Positions 27,990-38,098 of a DNA stretch of 64,000 nt are shown here, in pieces. Source of the DNA: an uncultured Lachnospiraceae bacterium (GTDB lineage: Bacteria; Bacillota; Clostridia; Christensenellales; UBA1242); the NCBI GenBank assembly GCA_964400145.1, contig CAYNTF010000002.1:65164-129163 (forward strand). The letters run 5' to 3'. Position 1 is the stretch's first letter; every line of letters starts with the position of its first letter. The translations under genes and the position numbers were made by a program. The notes below the pieces were generated by a model. It saw only the letters and a program-made list of their open reading frames with translations, ran no database searches and had not been told where the DNA came from.

Positions 27990-29348
27990 ATGGTTAAATT
28001 TTATAATTCTCTCACAAGAAGCAAAGACGAAATCTCTTGCCACGACGGCAAAGTAGTCAAAATGTATTCTTGTGGGCCGACTGTCTATTATTATCCACAC
28101 ATTGGCAATTTTCGTGCCTATCTTTTCATGGATAACATCCGCCGAGTGCTGAAATATAACGGCTACAAAATTGACGGAGTGATGAATATAACTGATGTTG
28201 GACATCTCACATCCGACGCCGATGAAGGCGAAGACAAAATGCTTGTTGCCAGCGCTCGCGAAAACAAATCACCATGGGAAATTGCAAAATTCTATACAGA
28301 AGTTTTCATGCACGACGCCCGCCTTCTGAACATTGACCTTCCAGAACATATTGTGCCTGCCACAAGCGTCATTCCAGAAATGATTGCCTTTGTGCAAGCC
28401 TTGATTGACAAGGGTTATGCCTACGAAACCAGCAAAGGCATATATTTTGACATCGAAAAATTTCCAGAATATGGCAAACTTTCCGGCATGGACATAAATG
28501 AAAAACTTGCTGGCGCACGCATTGATGTCGACGAAGAGAAACACAGTCCATATGATTTTGTGCTGTGGGTCAAAGCACCAAAAGAGCATATCATGCAGTG
28601 GGAAAGTCCATGGGGAATGGGCTATCCGGGCTGGCACATCGAGTGTTCTGTGATTGGCGACAAATTTTTGGGTGAAACAATCGACATACACACCGGCGGA
28701 GTCGATCACAAACCTGTGCACCACGAAAACGAGATTGCGCAGAGCAACTGCCGATATGGTCATCAAGTGGTGAAAACTTGGATGCATGTTGAATTTTTGC
28801 AAGTGGACGGCGGAAAGATGAGCAAAAGTTTGAACAACATATACCGCCTTGCCGACCTGTCCGAACGCGGATTTTCGGCGGAAGATTTTCGATATTTCTA
28901 TTTCATGGCGCACTATTCCAAACAACAAAATTTCACTTTTGAAGCACTTGAAAGCGCGAAAAATACTTTGAAAAACATAAAAAATCTTGCAAAAGAGCAC
29001 AAAAACGGCATAGCAAAAGTTGATACGCACGAATATGAAAAAGAATTTTTGGACGCTATAAATGATGATTTAAACATGCCAAAAGCAATCGCCTGCGTGC
29101 AAAAGATGTTGAAAGAGAGCCGAAGCCAAGATGTCTATGTTAGCCTGATGAAATTCAACGAAGTGCTTGGATTGAACTTTGATGAAGAAGATGTCATCCC
29201 AGACGACATCAAAGAAAAGGCAGAAAAGCGTTGGAACGCCAAGAAAAATCGCGACTTTGCCACAGCTGACGCATTGCGAAATGAAATTTCAGCACTTGGT
29301 TATGATATCAACGACACAAAAGACGGTTATAAGATAGTGAAAAAATAA
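27990..29348 (+). CDS. cysS: Cysteine--tRNA ligase
   Basis: MYSCGPTVYYYPHIGNFRAY (HIGH-type), the GWHIECS zinc site and the KMSKS motif (GGKMSKSLNN). Confidence 0.95.
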   Translation: MVKFYNSLTRSKDEISCHDGKVVKMYSCGPTVYYYPHIGNFRAYLFMDNIRRVLKYNGYKIDGVMNITDVGHLTSDADEGEDKMLVASARENKSPWEIAKFYTEVFMHDARLLNIDLPEHIVPATSVIPEMIAFVQALIDKGYAYETSKGIYFDIEKFPEYGKLSGMDINEKLAGARIDVDEEKHSPYDFVLWVKAPKEHIMQWESPWGMGYPGWHIECSVIGDKFLGETIDIHTGGVDHKPVHHENEIAQSNCRYGHQVVKTWMHVEFLQVDGGKMSKSLNNIYRLADLSERGFSAEDFRYFYFMAHYSKQQNFTFEALESAKNTLKNIKNLAKEHKNGIAKVDTHEYEKEFLDAINDDLNMPKAIACVQKMLKESRSQDVYVSLMKFNEVLGLNFDEEDVIPDDIKEKAEKRWNAKKNRDFATADALRNEISALGYDINDTKDGYKIVKK

Positions 29349-29521
29349 TCACTTCACTGAAATCATTTGCAAAAAACATCTTTCGGTTTAAAAAACAAAT
29401 CAAGTCGCAAAAGAAGTGAAAAATAAAGCACTATGAAAGACAAAAACCAATCGTTTTGATTTAAACAGTCAAAAAAAAAGCAATTTGTTAAATAATTTTC
29501 AACATTTTTTTGAAAAAACAC

Positions 29522-29551
29522 TTGACAATGTCATTTTCATTATATTATAAT
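29522..29551 (+). promoter_or_regulatory. Sigma-A promoter for tRNA-Glu (TTGACA-18 nt-TATAAT)
   Basis: TTGACA at 29522-27 and TATAAT at 29546-51. The tRNA starts 15 nt downstream. Confidence 0.65.
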
Positions 29552-29565
29552 GACATAGTCAATGT

Positions 29566-29640
29566 GGCCCCGTGGTCAAGTGGTTAAGACACCGCCCTTT
29601 CACGGCGGTATCATGGGTTCGAATCCCGTCGGGGTCACCA
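29566..29640 (+). tRNA. tRNA-Glu (anticodon UUC), CCA encoded
   Basis: Hand-folded cloverleaf: acceptor GGCCCCG/CGGGGTC, anticodon arm CCGCC-CTTTCAC-GGCGG, T arm ATGGG-TTCGAAT-CCCGT, 3' ACCA. Confidence 0.9.
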
Positions 29641-29656
29641 CAATTTGTTTTTCTTC

Positions 29657-29681
29657 AAAAAAACTCGAAAAGAGTTTTTTT
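29657..29681 (+). terminator. Intrinsic terminator after tRNA-Glu
   Basis: aaaaaaactc-gaaaa-gagttttttt. Confidence 0.7.
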
Positions 29682-29784
29682 GTTTGCTTTCAAATAAATA
29701 ATGTTATTTTGCGTTTAAAAATATCGAATTATCAATGTGTTGCAAAGGGTTGAATTTTTCTGGATAAGATTTTAGGTTTAAAAA

Positions 29785-30564
29785 ATGAGTTCCACAAAAG
29801 AATCAAAAAGAGTGAAACTGAATAAGTTTTTGCAGAAGATGAAACATCATCTTGATTATTTATTATTTCCCGACGACATCAAATGTATCTTTTGCGGTCG
29901 GGACATTTCTCATTTTGATGAAAAGCCTTATTGCGAAGATTGTGAAAAGACTTTGCCATTCAACAATGGTCACAAATGCTCGGTCTGTGACCAGCCAATC
30001 GGAAACGAAGCGAATGTTTGTGAATTTTGTCAAACACGCAAACGAAATTTCAAGCGTGCATATTGTCCTTTCACATACGAAGGTGCTGTCAAGAACGCCA
30101 TATTGCAATACAAAAACGAAAATCAACGCTATCGCGCCAAAGCGTTCGCGCGTTTGATTGTGGAATATATGCGCCCTGACGATGTCAAGATTGACATCAT
30201 CACATACATTCCCATGACAGAGAAGAAAGAAAAATCACGCACTTTCAATCAATCCAAACTTTTGGCGGAAGAGATTGGCAAACTTTTGAATTTGCCTGTC
30301 ATTTCGTTGTTTCGAAAAATTAAGGATGTCGCCGAGCAAAAGACCTCAACCTACAAAGAACGAATGGCGAATGTCATCGGTATGTATGAGATGAAGAAAG
30401 CAAAATTAACTCGCAGTCAAAACATTCTGATTGTTGACGATGTGCTGACAACCTGTGCCACAGTTGGCTATTGCGCTGGGCTTGCCTATCCGAAAGTCAA
30501 CAATATCTATGTTTGTGGCATTGCAAGAGAATATGTTCGCCAAAATGCAACAAATAAAAAATAA
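29785..30564 (+). CDS. comFC: ComF family protein (ComFC-like phosphoribosyltransferase with an N-terminal Cys4 zinc finger)
   Basis: CxxC pairs (CIFCGR...CEDCEK...CSVCDQ...CEFCQ) and the PRTase loop ILIVDDVLTTCATV. Confidence 0.8.
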   Translation: MSSTKESKRVKLNKFLQKMKHHLDYLLFPDDIKCIFCGRDISHFDEKPYCEDCEKTLPFNNGHKCSVCDQPIGNEANVCEFCQTRKRNFKRAYCPFTYEGAVKNAILQYKNENQRYRAKAFARLIVEYMRPDDVKIDIITYIPMTEKKEKSRTFNQSKLLAEEIGKLLNLPVISLFRKIKDVAEQKTSTYKERMANVIGMYEMKKAKLTRSQNILIVDDVLTTCATVGYCAGLAYPKVNNIYVCGIAREYVRQNATNKK

Positions 30565-30856
30565 AAAAATATGAAAAAAACAATAAAAAATAAATAAAAT
30601 TTATATTTTTTCATTTTTTTTAAAAATAATTTAAAAAATCTTTTTTTTCATAAATATCGGGAAGAAAAATTTGTCGTAAAAACAAGAAAAAAATCTAATA
30701 AAAAAATAATTTAAAATTTTTTTATTTTTTTTGTAAAATCGTTTGGAAATATTTTTTTTATATGATATTATTTTATTGTAATCAATTTGACAAGAATATT
30801 CTTGTCACTTTTGAAGACAATAATTTAAAGCAAAAATTTAATTATTGGAGGTTATT

Positions 30857-31255
30857 ATGAATTTTATGGGTATGTTGGGTGCGCTTGCTTCTTCTTGGAG
30901 TGAACTTGTAGATCAAGCAGAAATATCATGGGTCAGCGGTTGGCTTGGTGATTTGCTTTCAGTTCTTTCACAAGTTTTGTGGGTTGTTTTGGCAATCGCA
31001 GGAACTGCAGGTGCAATCTATGCTGTTTATGTTGGTATCAAAATGGCAAGAGCCGATTCTGCTGAAGCGCGTGAAGAAAACAAAAAGCGATTGGTAAACA
31101 TCATTGTTGCGATTGTTGTTGTTATCGTTTTGATTGTTGTGTTCAACACATTTGTGCCAATGATTATTTCGGCAGTTGTTAACGGCGACACTGAGGATGC
31201 CAGCGTCAGCACAGTTTCAACAGTTGCCAACACAGTTAAGTGCTTGCTTGCATAA
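30857..31255 (+). CDS. Small two-TM membrane protein, pilin/holin-like topology, unknown family
   Basis: 132 aa with GGAGG 6 nt before the ATG at 30857. There are two hydrophobic helices separated by KMARADSAEAREENKKR. The gene has its own terminator. Confidence 0.55.
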   Translation: MNFMGMLGALASSWSELVDQAEISWVSGWLGDLLSVLSQVLWVVLAIAGTAGAIYAVYVGIKMARADSAEAREENKKRLVNIIVAIVVVIVLIVVFNTFVPMIISAVVNGDTEDASVSTVSTVANTVKCLLA

Positions 31256-31279
31256 TCAACTTCAATAATTGCAATAACA

Positions 31280-31307
31280 AAAACATCGCAAATTGCGATG
31301 TTTTTTT
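31280..31307 (+). terminator. Intrinsic terminator
   Basis: Stem CATCGCA / TGCGATG followed by T7. Confidence 0.7.
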
Positions 31308-31463
31308 GTTGCCCATTTTTCGTTGCTCACCACTTACTTCTATATTTAACATTCCTATATTTCTATGTTCATATTTTAACTCCCAATGCTCTCGTTACTC
31401 CCCAAGGTTTATTGTCCCTATCATTCTGTTGCCCCGATTCGTTACTCAAATCTCAACTTCGTT

Positions 31464-31979
31464 TCAATCAACATCGCCGTCTTTGTCTGCAAAACTTGTG
31501 CCTTCAACAATGATGACTTTATATTCTTGCTTTGCAGTGCCGTCCGCCCATTTGACAATGAAATTCACTTGCATGTCATCTTCACTCACAAGCGGATATA
31601 TATTGAAAAAGCGTTGCTTCTGCCCGTTCACCGTTTCCAAAAAGTCACCCGATGCATATTTTACGCCATTCATTTCCAGCGTGGCATCCGAAATATCCAG
31701 ACTTTCGTCCGGCGCGGTCACCTTCAAGCCCACTCGACATCCTTCACTTATCCCCTTGCTCTCGTCAGCGCTGGAATATTGCACCACTTCCCCTTCACCA
31801 CCAATGTGAATTGTGCGCTCTTTGGAATCATATACAAAACTCAAACTTCCGCCCGTGCGTGCGTCATCGCGAGTTATGGTGGCAGACTCCAACTCCACAT
31901 CGCCACACCCCGCCAACGCCAATGTGGCAAAAAGGCAAACAAAGACGAACAAAATTTTCAAGTTTTTGACTCTTTTCAT
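31464..31979 (-). CDS. Lipoprotein, unknown function
   Basis: MKRVKNLKILFVFVCLFATLALAGC carries the lipobox. The overlapping plus-strand ORFs lack any such signal. Confidence 0.6.
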   Translation of the reverse strand: MKRVKNLKILFVFVCLFATLALAGCGDVELESATITRDDARTGGSLSFVYDSKERTIHIGGEGEVVQYSSADESKGISEGCRVGLKVTAPDESLDISDATLEMNGVKYASGDFLETVNGQKQRFFNIYPLVSEDDMQVNFIVKWADGTAKQEYKVIIVEGTSFADKDGDVD

Positions 31980-32071
31980 GCCTTTATTGTGTGAAAATTT
32001 GTTTTATTTATTCTTTAACCACTTCAATCTTTAACCGATTTAGTTTTTAATTGTTTATTAACTTTTTATTT

Positions 32072-33661
32072 TCAACTTTTCTCTTCGTTCGCTTTTATTT
32101 GCACTTTAAGCACATCCGACCTTTTTATGCTGTATTTCGAAAAAATTATAATTCCCAAAGTAAGCGCGATTGCACTCCCCAAAAAGACAATTCGCCCAAG
32201 CCCCGTTTGCACGGAAAGCGCCTGAACAGGCTGTGACGAGTCGAACTTCACCAAGTCCAACAATAGACCGATGAAAAGCAGTGCGATTGAGTTGGAAAAA
32301 TTGTATGTGAAAGTGTAATAGCCCGTATATCGCCCCGCATTGTTGACGCCGGTTTTGTATTGCTCCATTGTGACAACATCGGCATACATGGAATGTGGCA
32401 GAGAGTAAAGCGCTCCCGAACCTATCCCGCAAATGAACATGCACGGCAGAACAAACCAAAAGATTTTGTCCGGCGTTGTGTATAGCCGAAAGAGAAAGGT
32501 TATGCTTGTCATGGCAATTCCAAAAAGCATCACACAGAGCGCAAAGATAAGCGTTTGTTTTTTGTCGTATTTCTTCACCACATTCACCCACAAAAGTTGT
32601 GACGCAATCGCACCGCCAAAAAGACAAATCATCAGAACGGAAATTTGTATGCTGGAAAAATGATAACAAAAAGTGAAAAGATGCATGCCGACCGATGAAA
32701 TAAACACGGTTGCAATCAGGCAGACTGAATACCCCAACATGACAATGCGAAAATCTCTCTTCTTGAAAGTTTCAACATAACCTTGCAGAATTTTCTTAAA
32801 AAAGTGGCTTCCACTTTTCTTTGCTGTTTTTTGATTTTCAGAAAATTTTGACGCTTTTTCTTCATTTTTTTGCGTTTTTTTGGAAAAAATATGATTTTTT
32901 TCGACATTTTCTGATTTTTTATCGCTTTTATCATCTTGATTTTCACTCGCAACTTTCTTCACCTGCACATCTTCTTCAATCATCGCTTGGTCATAATGTG
33001 GCATGCTTCTGACCCGTTTTCGTGTCCCGAGAATCGTGGCAAGTCCACAAAGAAGAGTGAGCGCCGAATTTACAACCGCGATGGTGATATAGCCCGTCCT
33101 GTCAAATTGCGCCTGAGTGCCTGCCGTGCCACCCATGAAAATATACATCAAAATGCTGGGCAAAATCATCCCCAAAATATAAAAGACCGTTTTGAACCCC
33201 TGCGTTTTTGTCTGGTCGTTATAGTCTGGCGCAATGTCTATGCAAAGTGCGGAATAAGGTGTGGCGAAGAATGTGTTGAATGTTTCTTGAAGAAGCAAGA
33301 AAATCAACAGCCACAGCGCCATAAACACCTGACTGCTTGATATTGGGCAACTCCACAGCAAAATGTTGTTGCTTGCCAGCGCAAAACTTGCAAAAAGCAT
33401 ATATCCAAGTCGCCTGCCAAAAATTTTGCTACGCGTTCTGTCCGACAAAAACCCAACAAGCGGGTCGGAAAGTCCATCCCACAACGATGTCACAGCGATT
33501 GTCAAACCCATCAAAAAACCTGAAATTCCCAAAACGCTTGTCCCAAAAAACATGACAAGACTTGAAACGGTTTGTCCCATTGAACCATAGCCAAGATTGC
33601 CCATGCCGTAACATAATTTTGTTTTGAAATCCAGTGAGTTTGTCCTTTTTTCCTTTTTCAC
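32072..33661 (-). CDS. MFS permease of the glycoside-pentoside-hexuronide (GPH/MelB-like) type with a ~75-aa charged central loop insert
   Basis: N-terminus: KLCYGMGNLGYGSMGQTVSSLVMFFGTSVLGI...LWDGLSDPLVGFLSDRTRSKFGRR-like motif. 12 TM. The central loop is Lys/Glu/Asn-rich. Confidence 0.7.
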   Translation of the reverse strand: MKKEKRTNSLDFKTKLCYGMGNLGYGSMGQTVSSLVMFFGTSVLGISGFLMGLTIAVTSLWDGLSDPLVGFLSDRTRSKIFGRRLGYMLFASFALASNNILLWSCPISSSQVFMALWLLIFLLLQETFNTFFATPYSALCIDIAPDYNDQTKTQGFKTVFYILGMILPSILMYIFMGGTAGTQAQFDRTGYITIAVVNSALTLLCGLATILGTRKRVRSMPHYDQAMIEEDVQVKKVASENQDDKSDKKSENVEKNHIFSKKTQKNEEKASKFSENQKTAKKSGSHFFKKILQGYVETFKKRDFRIVMLGYSVCLIATVFISSVGMHLFTFCYHFSSIQISVLMICLFGGAIASQLLWVNVVKKYDKKQTLIFALCVMLFGIAMTSITFLFRLYTTPDKIFWFVLPCMFICGIGSGALYSLPHSMYADVVTMEQYKTGVNNAGRYTGYYTFTYNFSNSIALLFIGLLLDLVKFDSSQPVQALSVQTGLGRIVFLGSAIALTLGIIIFSKYSIKRSDVLKVQIKANEEKS

Positions 33662-33884
33662 TCTATATTTTATGCACCTGAATTTTATTTAAGACAAAAA
33701 ACAACTGTCAGCAAGACATAAATGTTTTTTAAAATGAAATCAAATCACTTTAAATCGGTTTTCCCTATCTTTCGTTTCTTTGCACTTCAAAATTATCTCG
33801 AACTTTGTCTTTCTTTTACAAAAATGTTTTTTACACCTTTGCTTTAAAAATTATCTTGTTCTCTAAAAATAAAAAAGGAAACAG

Positions 33885-34655
33885 TTATGCTGTTTCCTCT
33901 GGATTTATTTTCTTCTTTTTCTTTTCTGCTTCTTTTTTCTTTTTATCATCCTCGCTGACTTCTGGAATTCTGACAGCAACTTCCGCAATTTCGAAGTGGT
34001 TGCGTTTTAACAACACAAGTTCTTTGCAATATCTGTCAATAACTTCCAAAATGCGTTGTCGTTCTCGCTCATAGTTAGGGTCCAGCAACATCTTTATGGA
34101 AAAATTCCTTTGCTTTGCCTTGCGCCCCGTTCTGACATCTTTGATGTTGAGAGTTTCAAAAAACATTTCAACTTCATACCCCGTTCCACTTACAATCTTA
34201 TATTTGTTTGAAACAATGTTCATGTCGATGTATGGTGTGCAATGTTTGACCACATCAACAAGGTCTATGGTGAAAAGGTTTTTGAAAATTTTGTTAATCT
34301 CATCGGCTATCTGTTCTGGAAAATCTTTCGGCTGATCCCTAAGTTCGCACTCGCCAAGAAAAGAAGTTTTTTCCCGCACCTCAATGTCCTTTATGGAACT
34401 CACTCTTATGAGCGAAAAATATGTTCTGTCGACATCAATTTTCTTGCGCAAGATAAGCCCAGCGCCCGTTAAAAGTTTGCGCTCGGTGTCATAGATAATC
34501 TCTTGTTGTTTGATTCTTCCCTGCGGAATGATTGTGTAGAAGCCAAGCCTGCTCATCATCTTCTGAATCGTCCAACGCTCATTGTCAATAAGTATGTCAT
34601 AATTATATCGAATGACATTATATTCACTTGGTTTTCCTTTATCTCCCAAAAACAT
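33885..34655 (-). CDS. CYTH/triphosphate-tunnel-like domain protein (tentative) with a Lys-rich tail
   Basis: Patterns IIYDTERKLLTGAGLILRKK and YKIVSGTGYEVEMFFETL resemble CYTH strands. The N-terminal ExExK motif is not evident. GAGGAG precedes the ATG at 34655. Confidence 0.3.
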   Translation of the reverse strand: MFLGDKGKPSEYNVIRYNYDILIDNERWTIQKMMSRLGFYTIIPQGRIKQQEIIYDTERKLLTGAGLILRKKIDVDRTYFSLIRVSSIKDIEVREKTSFLGECELRDQPKDFPEQIADEINKIFKNLFTIDLVDVVKHCTPYIDMNIVSNKYKIVSGTGYEVEMFFETLNIKDVRTGRKAKQRNFSIKMLLDPNYERERQRILEVIDRYCKELVLLKRNHFEIAEVAVRIPEVSEDDKKKKEAEKKKKKINPEETA

Positions 34656-34754
34656 CTTTTTTTCTCCTCTTTTTATTCTAAACAAAAAAACAAAAAAAAG
34701 CAAATGTTTAAACATAGAATTTTAGTTAATAATAATTTTGAAGGAGATATCATC

Positions 34755-35372
34755 ATGGATTTTAATGAAAGTGTGACAAAAACAAACCTAGCGCGCTCTT
34801 TTTCCGCAGAGTGCCAAGCTGGTGCGAGATATCAATTTATGTCCAAAATGGCTCTTCAAGATGACCAAAAATTTATATCTGACACTATGAAAACTTTGGC
34901 GAAAAACGAAATGGCTCACGCAAAGGTTTTTTATGATTTCATCTTGGAACTTAGCGGTGGAAACAACAAAAATATCGCCATTGAAGCGGGCTATCCATTT
35001 GAAATGCCCGAACTTTCAAACAGTTTGAAGGAAGAAAGCAAAATTGAAGAAGCAGAAGCAACAAACATATATCCGTCTTTTGCACGAATAGCGCGGGACG
35101 AAGGCTTCACAGAAGTTGCCAAAGCATTTGAATTGGTGGCAAATGTGGAAGCAACTCATCATCAAATTTTGGAATATCTTGCCGATCTATATCACGCCAA
35201 GAAAATGTATAAGCGCGACAAACCATCCGAATGGAAATGCTCCAACTGCGGACATGTGACAATCGCAAAAGACAGCCACAAAGAATGTCCCCTTTGCAAA
35301 CTCCCGCAAGGATATGTGATAATTGATTTCGAAAAAGAATTACGCACTTTGGATGGTCAAAACACAAATTAA
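34755..35372 (+). CDS. Rubrerythrin
   Basis: Ferritin-like diiron domain (ESVTKTNLARSFSAECQAGARYQF...NEMAHAKVFYD) plus a C-terminal rubredoxin-like WKCSNCGH...CPLCKLP. AAGGAG precedes the ATG at 34755. Confidence 0.85.
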   Translation: MDFNESVTKTNLARSFSAECQAGARYQFMSKMALQDDQKFISDTMKTLAKNEMAHAKVFYDFILELSGGNNKNIAIEAGYPFEMPELSNSLKEESKIEEAEATNIYPSFARIARDEGFTEVAKAFELVANVEATHHQILEYLADLYHAKKMYKRDKPSEWKCSNCGHVTIAKDSHKECPLCKLPQGYVIIDFEKELRTLDGQNTN

Positions 35373-35491
35373 ACAATGAAACTGAAAATAAAAATGATTG
35401 AATTGAAGCGAATTAATTGAAATAAAAACATCAAAAACTAATCAAAATAGGATTAATCAAAACAACTAAACTGAAAGATTAAAAAGTAAAT

Positions 35492-35520
35492 AAAAAAAAC
35501 ACCAAAACGGTGTTTTTTGT
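35492..35520. terminator. Bidirectional intrinsic terminator (rubrerythrin / hup)
   Basis: Stem aacacc / ggtgtt with loop aaaac, flanked by A8 and T6. Confidence 0.65.
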
Positions 35521-35534
35521 TATTTTCAAAGTGA

Positions 35535-35810
35535 TTATTCATTGAAAATTGCTTTGAATGATTTACCAAATTTAAACTTAGGTGTTTTGCATGCAGCCAC
35601 TTTAACTGACTTCTTTGTTAAAGGATTGATTTTTGTTGTTGCAGGCTTGCTTACAAGTTCAAAAGACCCAAAACCAGGAATTTGAATTTTTTCTCCTTCT
35701 TTAAGTGAGTTCACGATTGTGTCAATAAACGCATTCAACACAATTCCTGCATCCTTCTGAGTGCAATTTGCTGTTTCTGCAATCGCTTTGATAAATTCAC
35801 CTTTATTCAT
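35535..35810 (-). CDS. hup: DNA-binding protein HU
   Basis: MNKGEFIKAIAETANCTQKDAGIVLNAFIDTIVNSLKEGEKIQIPGFGSFE... Confidence 0.9.
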   Translation of the reverse strand: MNKGEFIKAIAETANCTQKDAGIVLNAFIDTIVNSLKEGEKIQIPGFGSFELVSKPATTKINPLTKKSVKVAACKTPKFKFGKSFKAIFNE

Positions 35811-35892
35811 ACCTTATCTCCTTTTCATATTTTTCGCATTTCTATGCTACTTTTATAATAGCACAAACAAGCATTTTTTCCAAACAATTTCA

Positions 35893-36786
35893 CTATCTTG
35901 CAAAGAATTTTTCAATTTCGCTGAAATAAAATTTGATAACTTCCCACAAACGATTCACAAAGTTATAGTCATACACAATAATATCCACTTTCCCCTGAAT
36001 TGTGGACACATCCACAAAACCATCTTCACGCGCGTCCGTGCTGTGCCCGCGATTATCGCCCATATAAAAGCACATACCTTCTGGCACTTGAACATAGACA
36101 AGTCCATCGCTGGAAACATAATAGTTGTAAGGCAAATTTTCACCATTTGGATTGGCAAAATAATAACTCAAAAACTTATTATAAAAATTTTTTTCGTAAA
36201 CATGTTCTTTCCCAGAAGCCGAAGCCGAAGAAACTTCTCTATACTCATCCCAATCGTCGTGGCTGTATATCGAATATCCGTTTTCGCCATTCTCTTCCAA
36301 TCGCGCTTCCTCGTCGGAAGTTGTGTCAAGTTCGCCATCAGCAATGCGGTAGAAATATAAATGTTCTTCGTTGTCATCACCAACTGCTTTCGCGATGGTT
36401 ATCCAATCACCTGCCGTTGCCATAAGCCTTTTGATTATATTCTTGCCGTTACTTTCTTGAATGACCACAATATCAAACACACTAACTGTGGCTGTTTTGT
36501 CAATATAGACCGCATCGTAGGACAACTCCTGCAACATCTCTGGCAAAAGACTTTGCAGTTCTTCATCTGTGATTTGCGCGTTGAGAGTTGGCATCATCGA
36601 AGCGCCATCAACTTTATAGTAAGCATGGGTTGAAATGAAAATCGCATACCATGCAAAGAAAATTGCGAAAAATATCAGAAGAATATAAACAACAATGCGC
36701 GTGGAAAGATAGTAAGCAATATTTTTCTTTTCTTTTTTCACTTTTTCGTCGCTATATTGAATGAAATCTTTGTTAAAATCGTTCAT
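35893..36786 (-). CDS. lepB: Signal peptidase I (long form)
   Basis: N-terminal TM, catalytic Ser box DGASMMPTL and box E GDNRGHSTDAR. An insertion of about 100 aa lies between the boxes. Confidence 0.8.
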   Translation of the reverse strand: MNDFNKDFIQYSDEKVKKEKKNIAYYLSTRIVVYILLIFFAIFFAWYAIFISTHAYYKVDGASMMPTLNAQITDEELQSLLPEMLQELSYDAVYIDKTATVSVFDIVVIQESNGKNIIKRLMATAGDWITIAKAVGDDNEEHLYFYRIADGELDTTSDEEARLEENGENGYSIYSHDDWDEYREVSSASASGKEHVYEKNFYNKFLSYYFANPNGENLPYNYYVSSDGLVYVQVPEGMCFYMGDNRGHSTDAREDGFVDVSTIQGKVDIIVYDYNFVNRLWEVIKFYFSEIEKFFAR

Positions 36787-36858
36787 CTATATATCTCCAA
36801 AGTTTATTCCACTTTTTTTAATTCAAAGTCTTTTTCTTCCAACTTTCCTATCAAAAAC

Positions 36859-37404
36859 TTATTGTTTCGCTAAATTATGATTTGCAAAATGACAACCACA
36901 ATAATTTTGACGATAAAGCCCAAGTTCTTTGGAAAGATTGATACTTCTCAAATATCCGTCCTTTTTCTTGAAACTTTCTGGCAAAAAATCCATGCTTTCT
37001 TTCTCACTAACCTGCTCGCCGACTTGGTTTATCACTGTGGTGTTTTTGTGCGGACTCACAGAAAGAGTGGTTGCAAAAATGTCATATCCGTTCGCTTTTG
37101 CATACTTCGCCGTTCGTTCCAGACGAAAAAGAAAACATTTTTCACATCTCGCTCCGCCTTCTGGCTCATCTTCCAGCCCGCTCACAAAACTTTTCCACGC
37201 GTCATTGTCATAATCGCAGTCAACAAATGGCACATTAAAGTGTTGGCAAACTTTCTTCTGCTCTGCTTTTCGTTTTTCATATTCTTCAAAAGGTTCGATG
37301 TTCGGGTTGTAATAAAAGACCGTAACATCAAACTGCTCCATCAGTCTTTCAATCACCACCGTCGAACACGGACCACAACAAGAATGCAACAACAACTTTT
37401 TCAT
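36859..37404 (-). CDS. queH: Epoxyqueuosine reductase QueH (DUF208)
   Basis: MKKLLLHSCCGPCSTVVIERL... and the C-terminal YRQNYCGC. Confidence 0.8.
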   Translation of the reverse strand: MKKLLLHSCCGPCSTVVIERLMEQFDVTVFYYNPNIEPFEEYEKRKAEQKKVCQHFNVPFVDCDYDNDAWKSFVSGLEDEPEGGARCEKCFLFRLERTAKYAKANGYDIFATTLSVSPHKNTTVINQVGEQVSEKESMDFLPESFKKKDGYLRSINLSKELGLYRQNYCGCHFANHNLAKQ

Positions 37405-37467
37405 ATAACAAATATTTTAAGCGATTGACAGTGTTTTTGTCAAGCAAAACATCAACTTGGAAAATTA

Positions 37468-37803
37468 TCACTCCATTTCTTTCACGGCATACGACATCAT
37501 TTCATTGACAGTCGGCGATTTTATGCGATAGATAAGCACTTTGCCTTCGCGTCGATAGTCAACCATGCCCTGATCTTTAAGCGTTTTAAGTTGATGAGAT
37601 ATCGTCGTTTGGTTTATTTCCAAAATTCGCGACAAGTCGTTGACACATAAGTCCTTGATTGAAAGCGCCGACAGAATCTTAATCCGTGTTTGGTCGGCAA
37701 AATTCTGAAAATAGAGAGCCAACTTGTTCGTGCAGTCATCGCTGGGCAACAAATCTTGCACTTCAAATTTGTTTCTTTCGCTGATTCTCAACAATTTATT
37801 CAT
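37468..37803 (-). CDS. ArsR/SmtB-family transcriptional regulator
   Basis: FADQTRIKILSALSIKDLCVNDLSRILEINQTTISHQLKTLKDQGMVDYRREGKVLIYRI. GGAGG precedes the ATG at 37803. Confidence 0.8.
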   Translation of the reverse strand: MNKLLRISERNKFEVQDLLPSDDCTNKLALYFQNFADQTRIKILSALSIKDLCVNDLSRILEINQTTISHQLKTLKDQGMVDYRREGKVLIYRIKSPTVNEMMSYAVKEME

Positions 37804-38098
37804 AAAGTCCTCCAAATTTTCTTGTTTCTCTGCTGTTTTAGTTTTTTATTTAAAATTTTAATTCTTATTTTTGTAACACAAAGCAACTTTGCGACATAAA
37901 TAAAAACAGCGACAACACAAAGAAAGCAACAAACATGTTTATCCAGATTGCTGTTGAGTTGTTCAAGCCAAATTAGGACAACGGACACATTCGTTTTTCT
38001 CTAATCCTATTTTGCCAAACAAAAGAGAAAAAGTCAAAAGGAAAACACACACCTTTTGCGCTTATTTTATCAAATTTTGTCAAAAAGGAGGAATTATA

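Noticed and set aside
28269-29030. Long antisense ORFs opposite conserved genes. Examples: 253 aa opposite cysS, 239 aa at 58442-59161 opposite gyrB, 230 aa at 18876-19568 opposite VanW, and 225 aa at 54624-55301 opposite glnS. Further examples: 227 aa at 48350-49033, 199 aa at 35761-36360 and 183 aa at 36877-37428.
   Set aside because: Each lies fully inside a gene whose product has unmistakable family motifs. None has an SD or a recognisable domain, and their sequences are Phe/Lys/Ile-rich mirror images of the sense codons. They are most likely shadow ORFs.
31240-31994. Plus-strand ORFs of 189 and 202 aa overlapping the 31464-31979 region
   Set aside because: They are Ser/Pro/Cys-rich with no SD. 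The minus-strand ORF has a textbook signal peptide plus lipobox (LALAGC) and sensible composition, so it is the gene.
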